A stretch of DNA of 64,000 bases from Octopus vulgaris (Eukaryota), in the NCBI GenBank assembly GCA_951406725.2, contig OX597817.1, forward strand, positions 144,770,001 to 144,834,000, in the 5' to 3' direction. Both the position numbers and the translations under genes were made by a program. Under the pieces are notes generated by a model. It saw only the letters and a program-made list of their open reading frames with translations. It searched no databases and was not told the origin of the DNA. Shown here piece by piece: positions 1-13,530 of this stretch. Position 1 is the first letter of the stretch. Every line of letters starts with the position of its first letter.

Positions 1-33
1 CATTTCCTTTTTCTTAATCACTTATTGTTGTTG

Positions 34-75
<42 letters not shown>

Positions 76-441
76 TAAGACACCAAATCCTTGGCTTGGC
101 TTGTTGCCATATTATTTAACATATACATACTCTCACATGACCCGCATTAGACTCCTCACTCATACTATTATTGAACCAGGAGTCTAGCTACAGTCCTTCC
201 ATATATATATATATATATAATCATTATCATCATCATTTAATGTCCCTTTTCCGTGTTGGCATGAGTTGGACAGTTTGACCAGAGCTAGCAAGCCAGAGAG
301 CTGCCTCAGGGTCCAGTTATGGTATGGGTTCTGTGGTTGGATGTCTTTCCTAATGCCAGCCACTTTAGAGTGTACTGGGTGCTTTATACATGGCACCAGC
401 ACAGGTGCTTTTTATGTAGTACCAGCACTATACATATATAC

Positions 442-483
<42 letters not shown>

Positions 484-502
484 GTGTATGTATAGTACTG
501 GT

Positions 503-533
<31 letters not shown>

Positions 534-809
534 GTGCACCATCATTTAATATCCGTGCATGGGCTGATCACATCTTTCAATATATGTAACATGCACACAT
601 ATTCACATATCATACGACACCTCTCTTATACATCTGAGACCAATATTAACTCCTATCTATGTGTCTGTGCAGGAGATCATTGTCTTCTTAACATTTGTTA
701 ATTTGTGTTTGATGGCTTTTGTTGCTTTAACCCCAAGTTGGTTTTGATTGAGCAGACCTATGATCAAAGGCATTCCGGCAATGACTGTCCCATCTTTTTC
801 CTTTTCGTA

Positions 810-1170
810 GGCATGTTTGTATGGTAAAAAGCAAGTGCCTTCTACTGAGTGGCACATTGAGCAAGTGTCTTCTACTATAGTCTTGAGTCAACCAAAACCT
901 TGTGAGTGGGTTTGGTGTATGGAAACTAAAAGAAGCCTGTCGGGTGTGTGTTTGTGTGTCTTTGTGTCTGTGTTTGACCCCCACCACTGCTTGACAGCTG
1001 GTGCTGGTGTGTTTATGTCCCTTTAACTTAGCAGTTTAGCAAAAGAGACTGATAGACTTGAAAGGTAAAAATAAGTACTGGGGTCTATTTATTCATCAAA
1101 AAATTCCTGAAGGCAGTGCCCCAGCTTGGCCACAGTCTAATGACTGAAATGAATAAGCTAAAAAGAAAAA
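810..1170 (+). mobile_element. Older SINE family A copy (further partial copies at about 14425-14645 -, 15735-15965 +, 36214-36620 -, 38820-39230 +)
   Basis: Degenerate match to the family A consensus. Confidence 0.7.
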
Positions 1171-1747
1171 GATGATTGACTGTAATTTGAGCAACATTTC
1201 CCACATGTCTGCCAACCACATACAGGCAGTTATTGTTGATTTTTCTTTGTTTTGTCCTTATTTTATAGTCTTTAAAAATTTTTTTGTTATTGTTAGCAGA
1301 CATGTAGATGTATTTTTCTATTTGCTCAAACATGTGAAAGTAAGTTGTTTTTTATTTCTCATATTGGAGACTATATTTCACCCTGTAAAGGCCTCATGCT
1401 GGTAAGAAATTTCAAAGGGCGAGACATAGACAACAAACAATTCAACTCTTATAAGAGAATTTCTGTGCATTCTCCCAACCTGTTGATATACTAACCAAAC
1501 GACCCTCAAAAATTTCAAAAATGTGAACCAATGTAGTTTTTCATGTTTTCTGTTGCTTTTAATTTTTCTTCTTTTTTTTTGAACTATTAAAATGTTATGA
1601 CAATATGCCTACAATAAGGACATAGACTTCTTTTATCGAATGATTACTCGAGCGAAGATCGGTGGGAGTCTCAACAACAATTACAAACTCATTTTGTAAG
1701 ACAGCTTTCTGGATGGACCTGTTCTGCAACTAAAAATCTCAAACTCC

Positions 1748-1752
1748 TCTCA

Positions 1753-1823
<71 letters not shown>

Positions 1824-1987
1824 CTCTCTCTCTTTCTCTCTCCCTCCCTCCCTCCCTCTCTCTGGCTGTTTCTCACACTCACACCCACACAGTCTTTCTC
1901 TCCCGCCACATACTATCATCATTATCATCATCATTATTATTATTATTATTTTTATTTTTATTATTATTATTTTTATTTTTATTATTA

Positions 1988-2019
<32 letters not shown>

Positions 2020-2020
2020 T
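1748..2020. repeat. (CT)n followed by (TTA)n microsatellites
   Basis: Direct reading. Confidence 0.95.
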
Positions 2021-2618
2021 TACATGACGAAGCAGGAGACCTACTTCTTATTTAAGAATAATTTCAAGGACAAGGAAAGCTAAACTTGAATAAAGAACTT
2101 TGAGATGATTCTTATCTATTTTGCATATGATTCTATGCTGTAGAATTCTATTTCAATTGCTAATGTTCAAATTCTCCAACGCGACTCTTTCAAACTTTCT
2201 CATGTGTATGTTATATACGTTGTGCAAGTGTGTAGATGTGTAGTTTCGCAATTTGAAATGTAATAAATATTTGCTTAATTATGAATCTATTAATAAACTT
2301 CCCTGGCTTAATTTAATCAATACTTAGTAGTGTGAGAGCCATTGTAGTTAGCATGGCTTTCGTCTTTAAACATCCAGTGAGAATAATATTCTCAGACAAT
2401 TATTTTGGATTATTGGTACCACCCTTCATTAAATTACAAACAATTTTTGATTTTTCAACTTAAGTGTGATGAATTGATTCGGCAAGCAAGACAAATAATT
2501 AGATTTTGTTTACTCTGTGTAATTACAATTAACATTGGTTGTACCATTGCTGTAGTCCATTCTGAAGCAATAGTAAAGTCATTTAAATTTACTCAGAGCT
2601 AGGTTCCTTTCTCTGTAC

Positions 2619-2824
2619 TAGTGGTTCTCAACCGTTTTAATATCGATGCCTGATCCAAAACATGGATTTTTTTAGGGGATCACACCAAAAAAAGTACCAA
2701 AAAAAGTAGAATGCAAGTCAGTTTGGAAAAAATATTATGTTTATAGAGGGAAGAACATCAGGGATCATTGAAAGGATGCTGGAGGGTTGCATGCATCCCT
2801 GGGGGTAGCAGTTGAGAACCACTG
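2619..2824. mobile_element. hAT (MER5-like) MITE
   Basis: TIRs tagtggttctcaac / gttgagaaccactg; degenerate 8-bp TSD ctctgtac / ctctaaag. Confidence 0.65.
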
Positions 2825-3050
2825 CTCTAAAGGATCTGGAAGAATCTACAGAATTCATCATCAATTTCAGAACAACTTGATACTGTTGATATTATAAATA
2901 ACATTTTGGTTTCATTATGTGGCATCAGTATTTTCTTTAATGTGGTTTTTAATGTTTAATGTTGTGTCCTAATGATTTTGATATCATTTGTTGGCTTACA
3001 ACAAAACTGACAACTCCACAGCCTTTGCCTGTTTCTCTCTCTCCCCCACT

Positions 3051-3086
<36 letters not shown>

Positions 3087-3352
3087 GAAGGACAGTGTCT
3101 CTAAACATTAAATATTTCATGTCTCATAGCAGTTAAAACTTGTCAAAATAAAGCTGTGTACACTAAAACATGGAAAGGCCTTCACTTCAGAAAGTGTCTT
3201 GAGAGAGAAATCCTCCACATAGATAGTGTGCACGGAATGTTTCTAAGCTGGGCTATGAATGGTATCATTGGACTGTATGATATTTCTGCATCGTTATACA
3301 TCATTAGTTACAGAGACAAAACAGATCATTCATAGCCCACTAAGGACTCCTG

Positions 3353-3403
<51 letters not shown>

Positions 3404-3440
3404 AGCAACATGATGTGTTTTCACACATATTGTGTACAAA

Positions 3441-3672
3441 GGCGGCGAGCTGGCAGAAACGTTAGCGTGCCAGACGAAATGTGTAGTTGTATTTTGTCTG
3501 TCGTTACGTTCTGAGTTCAAATTCCGCCAAGGTCAACTTTGCCTTTCATCCTTTCGGTGTCGATAAATAAAGTACCAGTTTCGTACTGGGGTCGATGTAA
3601 CGACTTAAACCCTTTGTCTGTCCTTGTTTGTCCCCTCTATGTTTAGCCTTTTGTGGGCTGTAAAGAAATATA
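3441..3672 (+). mobile_element. tRNA-derived SINE family B (Meta-like core); further copies at 18566-18778 +, 32064-32278 -, 36889-37120 +, 46590-46815 -, 52322-52478 -, 52535-52685 -
   Basis: ggcggcgagctggcagaaacgttagc...gagttcaaattcc (B box)...ggtcaactttgcctttcatcctttcgg.gtcgataaa..agtaccag; tail ...taaagaaata. Confidence 0.8.
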
Positions 3673-4344
3673 TTATGTACAAGGAGAATTTCACTTTCTT
3701 GAGACAGTTTCCACTGCGGAGGTCTTTCAATGAGCATGTTAAATATGAATGTACACAGCTTTATCATAGTCATTGCTGCTTAGTGTGTCTTTAATGAACT
3801 AAATTCATTAAGCTCTCAGAACCAGAAGTTTTGGATTTAACAAATATAAGTAATTAGAAAAAAAATACTTCAGAAGTATTCTGTTGTGTCTGGGGAGAGT
3901 CATTTTCTTTTTGTGCCTTATAATTTAACACACTCACTGGTAAAATTTCCACTTATTTCTTATTTTTATAAAGCACAAAATGACTGGGGAGAGAAAATGA
4001 CTCTCCCCAGACACAACAGAATATGCTTCAACACATGAACTCACATAAAGAATCTTGCAAACCAAATCCAAAAACAAAATACTTCAGAAGCAGATACTTC
4101 TTTTGGCCCCAGAAGATTAGGAGGAAGTTAATCTCAATGAGATCTGAACTCAAAATTTAAAGAGACATAATTTCATAACAGCATAACACTTTTGTCCGGA
4201 GCCCTTACCAACTCTACCATCCACCTACTGACTTTACTTTTGAGAGAGATGGGAGGCATGTCATGACAGTATATGAAATACATTTGTTCATTGCTAGTTG
4301 ATGCTGAAAAATGTGTTCATTACATCTGAACTCCTAGATAATTT

Positions 4345-4721
4345 ATATCACATAAAAAGCACCATTCGAGCATGATCACTACCTGCATTGCCTTACTGGC
4401 ACTTGTGCTGGTGGCACGTGAAAAAACATTCAAGCAAGGTCGTTGCCAGTGCCGCTGGACTGGCTCTTGTGCAGGTGGCACGTGAAAAAACATCATTTGA
4501 GTGTAGCCACTGCCAGTACCGCCTGACTGGCCCTCGTGCCAGTGGCATGTAAAAGCACCCACTACACTCTCAGAGTGGTTGGCGTTAGGAAGGGCATCCA
4601 GCTGTAGAAATTCTGCCAGATCAGATTGGAGTCTGGCGCAGCCATCTGGTTCGCCAGACCTCAGTCAAATCATCCAACCCATGCTAGCATGGAAAGCAGG
4701 TGTTAAACGATGATGATGATG
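4345..4721 (+). mobile_element. Short 3' end of the RTE family or derived non-autonomous element; about 20 more copies (e.g. 222-430 -, 8043-8300 -, 9395-9590 -, 10775-11050 -, 17588-17942 +, 35271-35690 -, 43189-43330 -, 46830-47540, 53162-53530 -, 54006-54482 -, 58075-58287 +, 61340-61725 +)
   Basis: Shared ggtggcacgtaaaaagcacc units, then ttggcgttaggaagggcatccagctgtagaaac...ccaacccatgctagcatggaaa...(gat)n, as at the end of the 29369-31810 LINE. Confidence 0.85.
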
Positions 4722-6403
4722 AAAAAGGGAGACCTAAGTCTTATGAATGGATATGATAGACAGAAACTGAAAGAAGCCCATATTGTGTGTGTGTGTGCAT
4801 ATATGTATACCTTTGTCTAAACATTGTTTGATGGTTGTAAATGGGCATCCTTGTCATACTATACCATTTCCAGTCTTTGGTGAATAAATATGTCAGGCCA
4901 TGGGGAAAAAAATTACCTCACTTGAAAACAGGTAAGGGTTGGTGAATGGAAGGGCATCCAGTTGTTGAAAACCTACCTCCATAAATTCCATCTGACATAT
5001 GCAAGCATGGAAAAGTGGGTGTATGATGATAATGAATAATGGATTGAGAAGAATGTTACTTCAAAACATGTATGCTCGATATACAAACATAATAACTATT
5101 TTTCTTTCTTTTTTGCCGAGTTATATGAATTTTTTTTTTTCCCCCTTTCTTGCATGTCAGATGCATGGGAAAGTATTTGCAAATTTGGACGTATAAATAT
5201 TGTTAGAAATAGTGTTTTTATTGCTAGAATAAATACAAAAAAAAGGAATAGACTTTGTTTGTCAGTCAAGCAAACTGAGGCAAGCAAAGCTTATGAGCCA
5301 TATATATATAGTAGAGTACATCATGAAAGCTGAAGTAGTAAAGATGAAACTTATGATTGAAATGCATAACCATTGTACTTCTTATTTATTTCTTATTTCT
5401 TATTTATTTGTTAATATATTTGTTATTCCATAAAGCTGTAACTAGTGAGAACATTCCTGGAGATACAGTAATTATAATATTAATAATATATGCACAAAGC
5501 AGCAATGGACTAAATATAAAGATATTATCAATAGTCTTAGGTTTATTATGCATGTCATTTTTAGAGATTATCTAATAAATACAGATAAATGTTGTTGGTT
5601 TATTATACACATGGGTTCAGCTTAGTTGAATTCTGGGGATTAACAGTGTTAGTTATTTGCTAAGAACAGAAATATAACTAAGGTGAGGTGTAAATATAGT
5701 TACATGAAGCAAGGTGTAAGATAGCCATGAGCAACTCCTGGCCCATGGGACTTTCTGAATGGCAAGCCTAAGGAAAAATTACCTTGAATTTTTATAGCAG
5801 TGGAATTCATTTGATGATGAGTCATGTCTTATGTAGACCACTTCTTGAAAAAGGTTGCTCATTCTTGCCCTAAGACTTGGTCATGGAATTAAAAGTGAAT
5901 TTTTAGTTCAAATTCTACCTAGTTTGACTTTGCCTTTTGTCCATTTGGAATCAATAAATTAGGTACCCGTCAAGCAATGGGATTGATGTAAATCAAATTT
6001 CCCCCTCCCCTCAAAAATTGCTGGCCCAGGACCAAAATTTGAAACCCTTATAAAAAGATTTTTTATTTATTTTTTTTGTCAGTGGGGAATAGGGCTGTGC
6101 CATGAGACATGTTGAATTCTATGTTAAAGTCTATCCTTCTTTCCCTAAGACAAGATTTAAACACAAACAAATCTTCATTTCTTTAGTAATGAAGACTACT
6201 ATTAAAATGACACTAGTAAAGATTATCTTTACTAGTATACCCTTGGGTATAAGTCACACCCCTAATTTAGTGTTAAGTCTTGGTACAAAACATTTTCCCC
6301 TTCATAGTTATGGTTTTGCTCTGTGTATAGGTCGAATCCCAGATTTTCTCTTCAGTTAAAATCAACTATAAAATAGTGATGATTTATACACGAGTAAATA
6401 TAA

Positions 6404-6449
<46 letters not shown>

Positions 6450-6580
6450 GCGTTAGGAAGGGCATCCAGCTGTAGAAACTCTGCCAGATCAGATTGGAGT
6501 CTGGTGCAGCCATCTGGCTCACCAGACCTCAGTCAAATTGTCCAACCCATGCTAGCATGGAAAGCAGACATTAAACGAAA

Positions 6581-7899
6581 TCATCATCATCATCATCATC
6601 GTTTAACATCCGTTTTCCATGCTAGCATGGGTTGGATGGTTTAACTGGGGTCTGGGAAGCCCAAAGCACGCCAGGCCCAGTCTGATCTGGCAGTGTTACT
6701 ACAGCTGGATGCCCTTCCTAACGCCAACCACTCCGTGAGTATAGTGGGTGCTTTTTACGTGCCACCTGCACAGGTGCCAGACAAGGCTGGCAAACGGCCA
6801 CGATCAGATGGTGCTTTTTACGTGCCACCGGCACCAAGGCCAGTCGGGGCGGCTCTGGCAGCAGCCACGTTCGGATGGTTCTCTTATGTGCCATCGGCAC
6901 TAGTATCACAGCTACAATTTCCATTGATGTTGATCGATTTCGATTTTGATTTTTGATTTTCACTTGCCTCAACAGGTCTTCACATGTAGGGTTTGTGTCA
7001 CAAGAAGGAAAGGTATGCATAAGTGGGCTGGCTACGTCCCAGGTAGAGGCCACGGGTCATGGTCTCACTTGTCCTGCCGGGTCTTCCCACTCACCGCATA
7101 CTTCCAAAGGTCTCGGTCTCTGGTCATTTCCTCGGTGAGACCCAATGTTCGAAGGTCGTGCTTCACCACCTCGTCCCAGGTTTTCCTGGGTCTACCTCTT
7201 CCACAGGTTCCCTCAACTGCTAGGGTGTGGCACTTTTTCACACAACTATCTTCATCCATTCTCGTCACCTAACCATACCAGCGCAAACGTCTCTCTTGCA
7301 CACCACAACTGATGCTTCTTCTTAGGTCCAACTTTTCTCTCAAGGTACTTACACTCTGTCGAGTATGAATACTGACATTATACATCCATCGGAGCATACT
7401 GGCTTCATTTCTTGCAAGCTTACGCATGTCCTCAGCAGTCATGGCCCAAGTTTCACTGCCATGTAGCATGGCAGTTCATACACATGTGTCATACAGTCTG
7501 CCTTTTATTCTGAGCGAAAGGCCTTTTGTCACCAGCAGAGGTAATAGCTCTCTGAACTTTACCCAGGCTATTCTTACTCTAGCAGCTCCACTTTCAGCAC
7601 ACCCGCCCCCGCTACTGACTTGGTCACCTAGGTAATGGAAGCTATCAACAATTTCTAGTTTTTCTCCCTGGAATGTGGCGGAAATTGGTCTCTGAGCATT
7701 TTCAGTGTTTATTGCTCCTGAGCATCTGCCACATACAAAAACCATCTTCCTAGTTAGCCTTCCTTTGACATTGCTGCACCTCTTATGTGTCCATAGCTTA
7801 CACTTGGTGCATCTTATAGAGTTTCTACCTACGCCTTTTCTACAGATCGAGCAGGGCCATCTACCTGAAGGTGTTTGTGATTTGCCTGCCTTCCTACAT
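6581..7899 (-). mobile_element. 5'-truncated, frameshifted copy of the same RTE LINE, including its PHD finger and 3' UTR
   Basis: ORF pieces 7476-7897, 7269-7469 and 7065-7268 together give the same protein as 29369-30117; (ATC)n tail at 6581-6600. Confidence 0.92.
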
Positions 7900-10800
7900 A
7901 TGATGATGATATATATACAGAGAGAGAGAGAGAGAGAGAGAGATTTTGCTTGTGACACACTGTGCCATTGACAGGGTACAAAGTTTAGAGCTGTATGGTC
8001 AATAATCCTAGTGAGTTGACCATTACTGACTCTTATATTAGGTCATCATCATCATTTAATGTCTGTTTTCCATGCTGGTATGGGTTGGATGGTTTGATAG
8101 GAGCCACACCAGGCTATATTGTCTGTTTTGGCCTGGTTTCTACAGTGTACTGGGTGCTTTTTAAATGGCCCCATCACCAATGTTTTTTGTGGCACCATAT
8201 AAAGTGCTTTTTACATGAGACCAGCACTGGTGCTTTTTATGTAGAACCATAACCAATGCTTTTTATATACAACCATTCCCAGTGCTTTTTATTTAGCCTC
8301 AGCACCAGTGTTCCTTATGGATAAGCATTACCAAAATGGTTTTAGGATATTGATTCTGCTGTGGTGGGTGGGTCATCTTGAGTACAACAATGTGCCATAG
8401 ATCTTTGTCCTTTGTCATCCCTTCTGTAAGGCTCAGTCTTTTGCGATTGGCCTTCAATATCTAACTAATTTTATTTCAATGATCACAGCTTCCAAATTTA
8501 TTTATCTAAGTCTAAAATATAATTATAAACTAAGCCTGTTGATATAATATAAAGATTCATGGTTGATAACACTTGGTTTTGAAGGGAGGTGTCTGGGTTA
8601 TTTTACAGATACACAACTTCAAAGATTTACTCCATATTTAATTTATGAATGTTTACTCAAACTTTTGGAACTCACTTCCAGAATGTTACTTTGATAATGA
8701 CATTGGAATCTCAAGTTGATAAATTTTCTTTTTCTTTCTTCCTGAATTTTTTTTTCAATTTTTCAACTTTTTATTTTTTTATTTTATAAAGTGCTAGACA
8801 GAAAACTTAATAGATTCTTCTATTTTTCTATTTGTATACCTTTAGAATTGGCAAATAAAATAAATAATCATTCAAAACTTTTTTTTTCAGAAAATTATTT
8901 GTATGTCTTTTATACTTCTATGTCTGCAGTTTTCAGTGGAGCAATATCTGAAATGCTATTCAACAGACAAATGAATAGAGTCAGGTTTGAAGTTAGATCT
9001 AAATTTAACATTATTTGTACTCATGAATATATTTTTCAGTTTTTCACCTGATTTTCCTTTCCCTTTTTTTTTTTTTACATACAATTTAAATTGTTTAGTT
9101 GCCATATAGTGAAGGTGCATGGTCAAGTGGTTCAGGTGTTGTGCCCTGTGATCATAAGATTGTGATTTCAATTCCTGGACCTGGCAGTGCCTTGTGTCTT
9201 TGAGCAAAATGTTTGATCTCACCTTGCTATAGTCCACTCAAGAGCAAATGGATTCCTGCAATAACTGGGAAGTTAACTCAGTGAGGGATTGGCATCCCAT
9301 TCAAGTGGAGTATTGTAATCTCACTCACTTATATACTGTGGAAACTGAGTGAATCTCTGGCCTTATGAGTCATGGGGCTCAATACAGATCTAAATCATTA
9401 TCATTATCATTATCATTTAACATCCATTTTCCATGCTGGCATGGGTTGGACGGTTTGACTGAAGCTGATAAGCCAGAGAGCTGCACCAGGGTTCAATAGC
9501 CTGTTTTGGTATGGCTTTTACCCTTCCGAATGCCAGCCACTTTACAGTGTATAGTGGGTGCTTTTTATGTGGCACTGGCATAGATGCTGTGATGCCTGAT
9601 GTTCAGACTGGTCTCCCAAATCTTTAATTTGTGTCGAGTTCAAATTTTTTTCTTCTCCCATTTTGTCACAGACTTAATGTTTGGAATATCATCCATTAAG
9701 CTAAAACTTATTTGTGTCTTTGATGAATGAGAGACTTGCATTCCTGTGAGAAATAAATATTGCAAGTTCACTCTTAGTTTGAGCTCTTGTACAAATACAT
9801 GGTACCTGGTGATGAATGAATACTAAACCAATGGAAATGTTTTACATACAAGACAAAAAACAAGCAGAAAAAACTAAAAAGTTTAAGTTAATACTCTACT
9901 CTCTTACAAACAAATGTTTTTCTCAGTACTAATAATACCTTATCTGAAATATCTCAGCATATAATTAAACTGTGTGTGCTTCCCAGCATCTTTACAGCTT
10001 AGCTATATTAGCATTTGTACAAATAAATAATATGATCTTTTATTGCTAGCTTCAGGAAGGAGAGGTACTGCCAAAAACTCATAAAGGCCCTTTCAACTTG
10101 GAGCCAAATATATCTATAATGTTCTCATACAGATTATTATCATGGTTTTAATATCCATTTTCTTTTTATGCTATCATAAGTTTGCATAACAGCATGTTTT
10201 TTTTTTTCATGCATATTGATCTTCTTATTTGTGTTTCCATCTGCTTCCATTCCTAACCATAACATTATAACTAACTCCACATCCAATACTGATTATGTAT
10301 AAAATATGAAGAGCTAGATTTATATCCAAACCAGCTTGCTTTGCTCTCATAGCACAGCTATATTTCTTTCTCAATGTTCTGCCAAGGATTCATAATTCTT
10401 CCTTTTTAATATTTGATCAATCTAGATACTCAATTTTGGTTCATGAAATTCTATTACCACAATAAATGCAGAGGAAGAGTAACTGTCAGGATCTGAGTCC
10501 ACCTTACCCTTCCACCACTGCAGTCACCATTAGGCGACCACACTGCAGATATTCAAATGCAAATTGGATAACGGAGAGAATGTAACGGAGAGAATGTAAC
10601 GTATCCAGACTGTTATACTTCACACCCTGCCTGATTCATTGTTGTATGTCAGAGCATGATGTATGGTGCTCAGCTATGCAGAAAACATGATGTGCCTAGA
10701 ACAAGAGATCGCTGGGTTTTCTCTTAGTTATTTGGCCAACTACTTGTTTGACATAGGCTTGCTTGATCAAAGCTCATCATCATCATCATCATTGTTTAAC

Positions 10801-13320
10801 ATCCGCTTTCCATGCTAGCATGGGATGGACGATTTGACAGAGGGCTGGTGAACCAGATGGCTGCAGCAGACTCCAATCTTGATCTGGCAGAGTTTCTACA
10901 GCTGGCTGCCCTTCCTAACGCCAACCACTCCAAGAGTATAGTGGGTACTTTTTATGTGCCACCGGCACAGAGGCCAGTCAGGCGGTACTGGCAATGACCT
11001 CGCTCAAATCTTTTTACACATGCCATCGGCACAGGTGCCAGTAAGGCGACATTATATTATTTTGTAGCCTCATCAAGGCTACAAAATAATCATTAACTAA
11101 AACTGTTAATAATTATGCACATTGATCTGTAGGTGACCAACTTATGCAAATAAGAATGTTTGACAGCTAAGTCGGCCGAGATAACTTGTTGAGAAAAGAA
11201 TGTATGTTCTCGAATTGTTTTGGATATCTTATTGTAATGAAAGACATTGTGTCTTTTTCTGTAAAACTGACTCTGTTAAAGTCATCTTTGTTTTATGAAT
11301 GAAATACAAATTGTATGAAGCCTCTTATAGGCAGAGAGAATTGAGGAAAAGTGTCAGCAGTGACTAATCTTTGTGGTCATAAATGTAGTTGGACTAAAGA
11401 TGGGAAGGAAACATTTATCTGTCAAACAGTTTAATAAATGGATTGCAATAGAGAACAAATATCTAATGAATAATAGCAGTCACTGAAATAAATTCTATAA
11501 ATTATGTCCTTCTTTTACAAGAATTGACTTCATGCCTTGTCAAAAGAAATCGTTATTTATCAGTTTTAGTACAATGGTTTTGGTTCCAGTTGTACAATGC
11601 CAAGTTAAATGTTTTGTAGTATTGAAGTGAAATAGCAGAATCCAAAGAAATTAGTAACAGTCTGTGGACTTACGTCAATGCATAGGAAGTACGAATGGTT
11701 CACAAAGTGGAATTGGTTTGCTGTGAAGGAGTGGAGAGATCTAATGTCTAGTGCATAGGGCTATTTCTTGGAATTCTACTTTGTATTTAATTTGGTACTT
11801 CTCTTGTTCTAAGTTTGGACCATGCTGAGGTTTAGTTTTCCAGTAGATCCAATAATTCACTAAGGTTCTTTTAATTCCATCTTTTATTTCGGTCATTAGA
11901 CTGGTTAGTTTTAAAATGTTCAGTCAAATAAGATTATCTTTGCATTTGGCAAACAAATTCCTCAAATGATATTTTTTTAAATCTAAAGAAAACTAGCAAG
12001 GGACATAACTCTAATAAGGTCAGTTGATTACATTTTTCGGTCACTACAAACAATCCACATTATAATGGATCTGCTCTTTAGAGCCATCTAGTGAAAACAA
12101 TCAGACAAAACAAGTCTTATGCTGAATTAAGTTAAAAAAAAATATATACAGACACTACAAAGATATAATGAAATGATGTTGTGAATCCATTAGTCACAAA
12201 GAATTTCATTAAAAAATGTTAGAAATCCACTGAAGTCTACTTGTAGCAGCTGAAATACAACCAAACTACATTTGTTCAATGAGAGACAGTCATTTTTATC
12301 ATCTAAACATTGATTTTAAATCTAAAAACATAACTTTACATTTCATGATGATTTAAACTGTTCATTTAAATACATTTATACATAATTTTTTGTATTTCCA
12401 AGTTTATAATTTTTCATTTAAGATCTAGAAATTGGAAACAATTTGTATGTTTTGCATGAAAACTTACAACAAACTGTTTTAGAGGAAAATGTAGTTATAT
12501 TTTCTGTCTCTTTATCACTCAATAATGCTGGATTCTATTTTCTATTTTGTATAAGTTGATATGTAACCCCAAGTTTGTCTCTGATTTGTAGTAATACTCT
12601 GGGGCCATGCACCTTAATCGCATGTTGCTACATCCAGCATTTATTGGTGATTCCTACTCCTTGTAGATGACCTTTAAACCATTCAGGCGACAATCCTCCA
12701 ACCCATGGGTCTGTTTAGGTAGTCATTACTGATGAGGGTTTTATGAGATCAGAGTGCAAATCCTACCTCAACCTTTTTTAAGTCATCATTTACAACATGC
12801 AAGATGTTTATTCCCGGGCATTCCAATGCCACACAGCACATCTCTGATTGAGCATACATAACCATGGTCTTTGATATTCCAGCTTTGATTGTCTTTACTT
12901 CACTTTTTGTATATCTCAAAACATATTGTCATGATGTCTCTTCTTAAATTGACATGGTGTACGTCGAGGAAGATTTAGCTGTTGTTTCTAATAGGTTGCA
13001 TGGCCATATCAATATAGAGGATGTCTTGTTTTCTTGCTATAGCAGTTGGTTCAGTACAGCATTTTAAATCTTCCTCTCCCTCCTCACCATCATCTTTTAA
13101 TGTCCAACTTTTGTGAGTCAAACAGAATTCGCTGAGCCAAATTCTCTATGAGCAGAAATTCTTCTTGTTGCTAACTCTCACTTGTTTCCAAGAAAGATTA
13201 TAGTTCCTCATGTCCAGACATGTTCCATGGAAGATTGGCAACAAACAACATTGCTTGTGTGACTGTGTCAAGAGAAGAGAAAGAGACATATACACATCAC
13301 TTGATCGATAGATAGATAGA

Positions 13321-13530
13321 TTTCTTTATTGGCCATGCAGAGCTGAACACAGAAGGGACAAAATACAAAGTGGAGCTTTTCTTTTTGGGAAGAAGAGAAG
13401 GAAAAAAAAGTGGGGACGATCAATAGGGATCGTGTATCACAGAAATGTCAATGTAAAAAGGGAAAACAGATTAGGTTTGTCCATGGATAGAAAAGACCAC
13501 GGGAACCTTGGGCAATAGTGTCATGCAGAA
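13321..13530 (-). mobile_element. 3' UTR of an L1/Tx1-like LINE lying in a (GATA)n tract
   Basis: Minus strand ends ...tttgtcccttctgtgttcagctctgcatggccaataaagaaa(tcta)n; GATA repeats lie on both sides. Confidence 0.5.

Noticed and set aside
10487-11320. Possible LTR beginning TGTCAGG, with a short tandem ggagagaatgtaacg repeat
   Set aside because: No matching terminus with a TSD could be identified.
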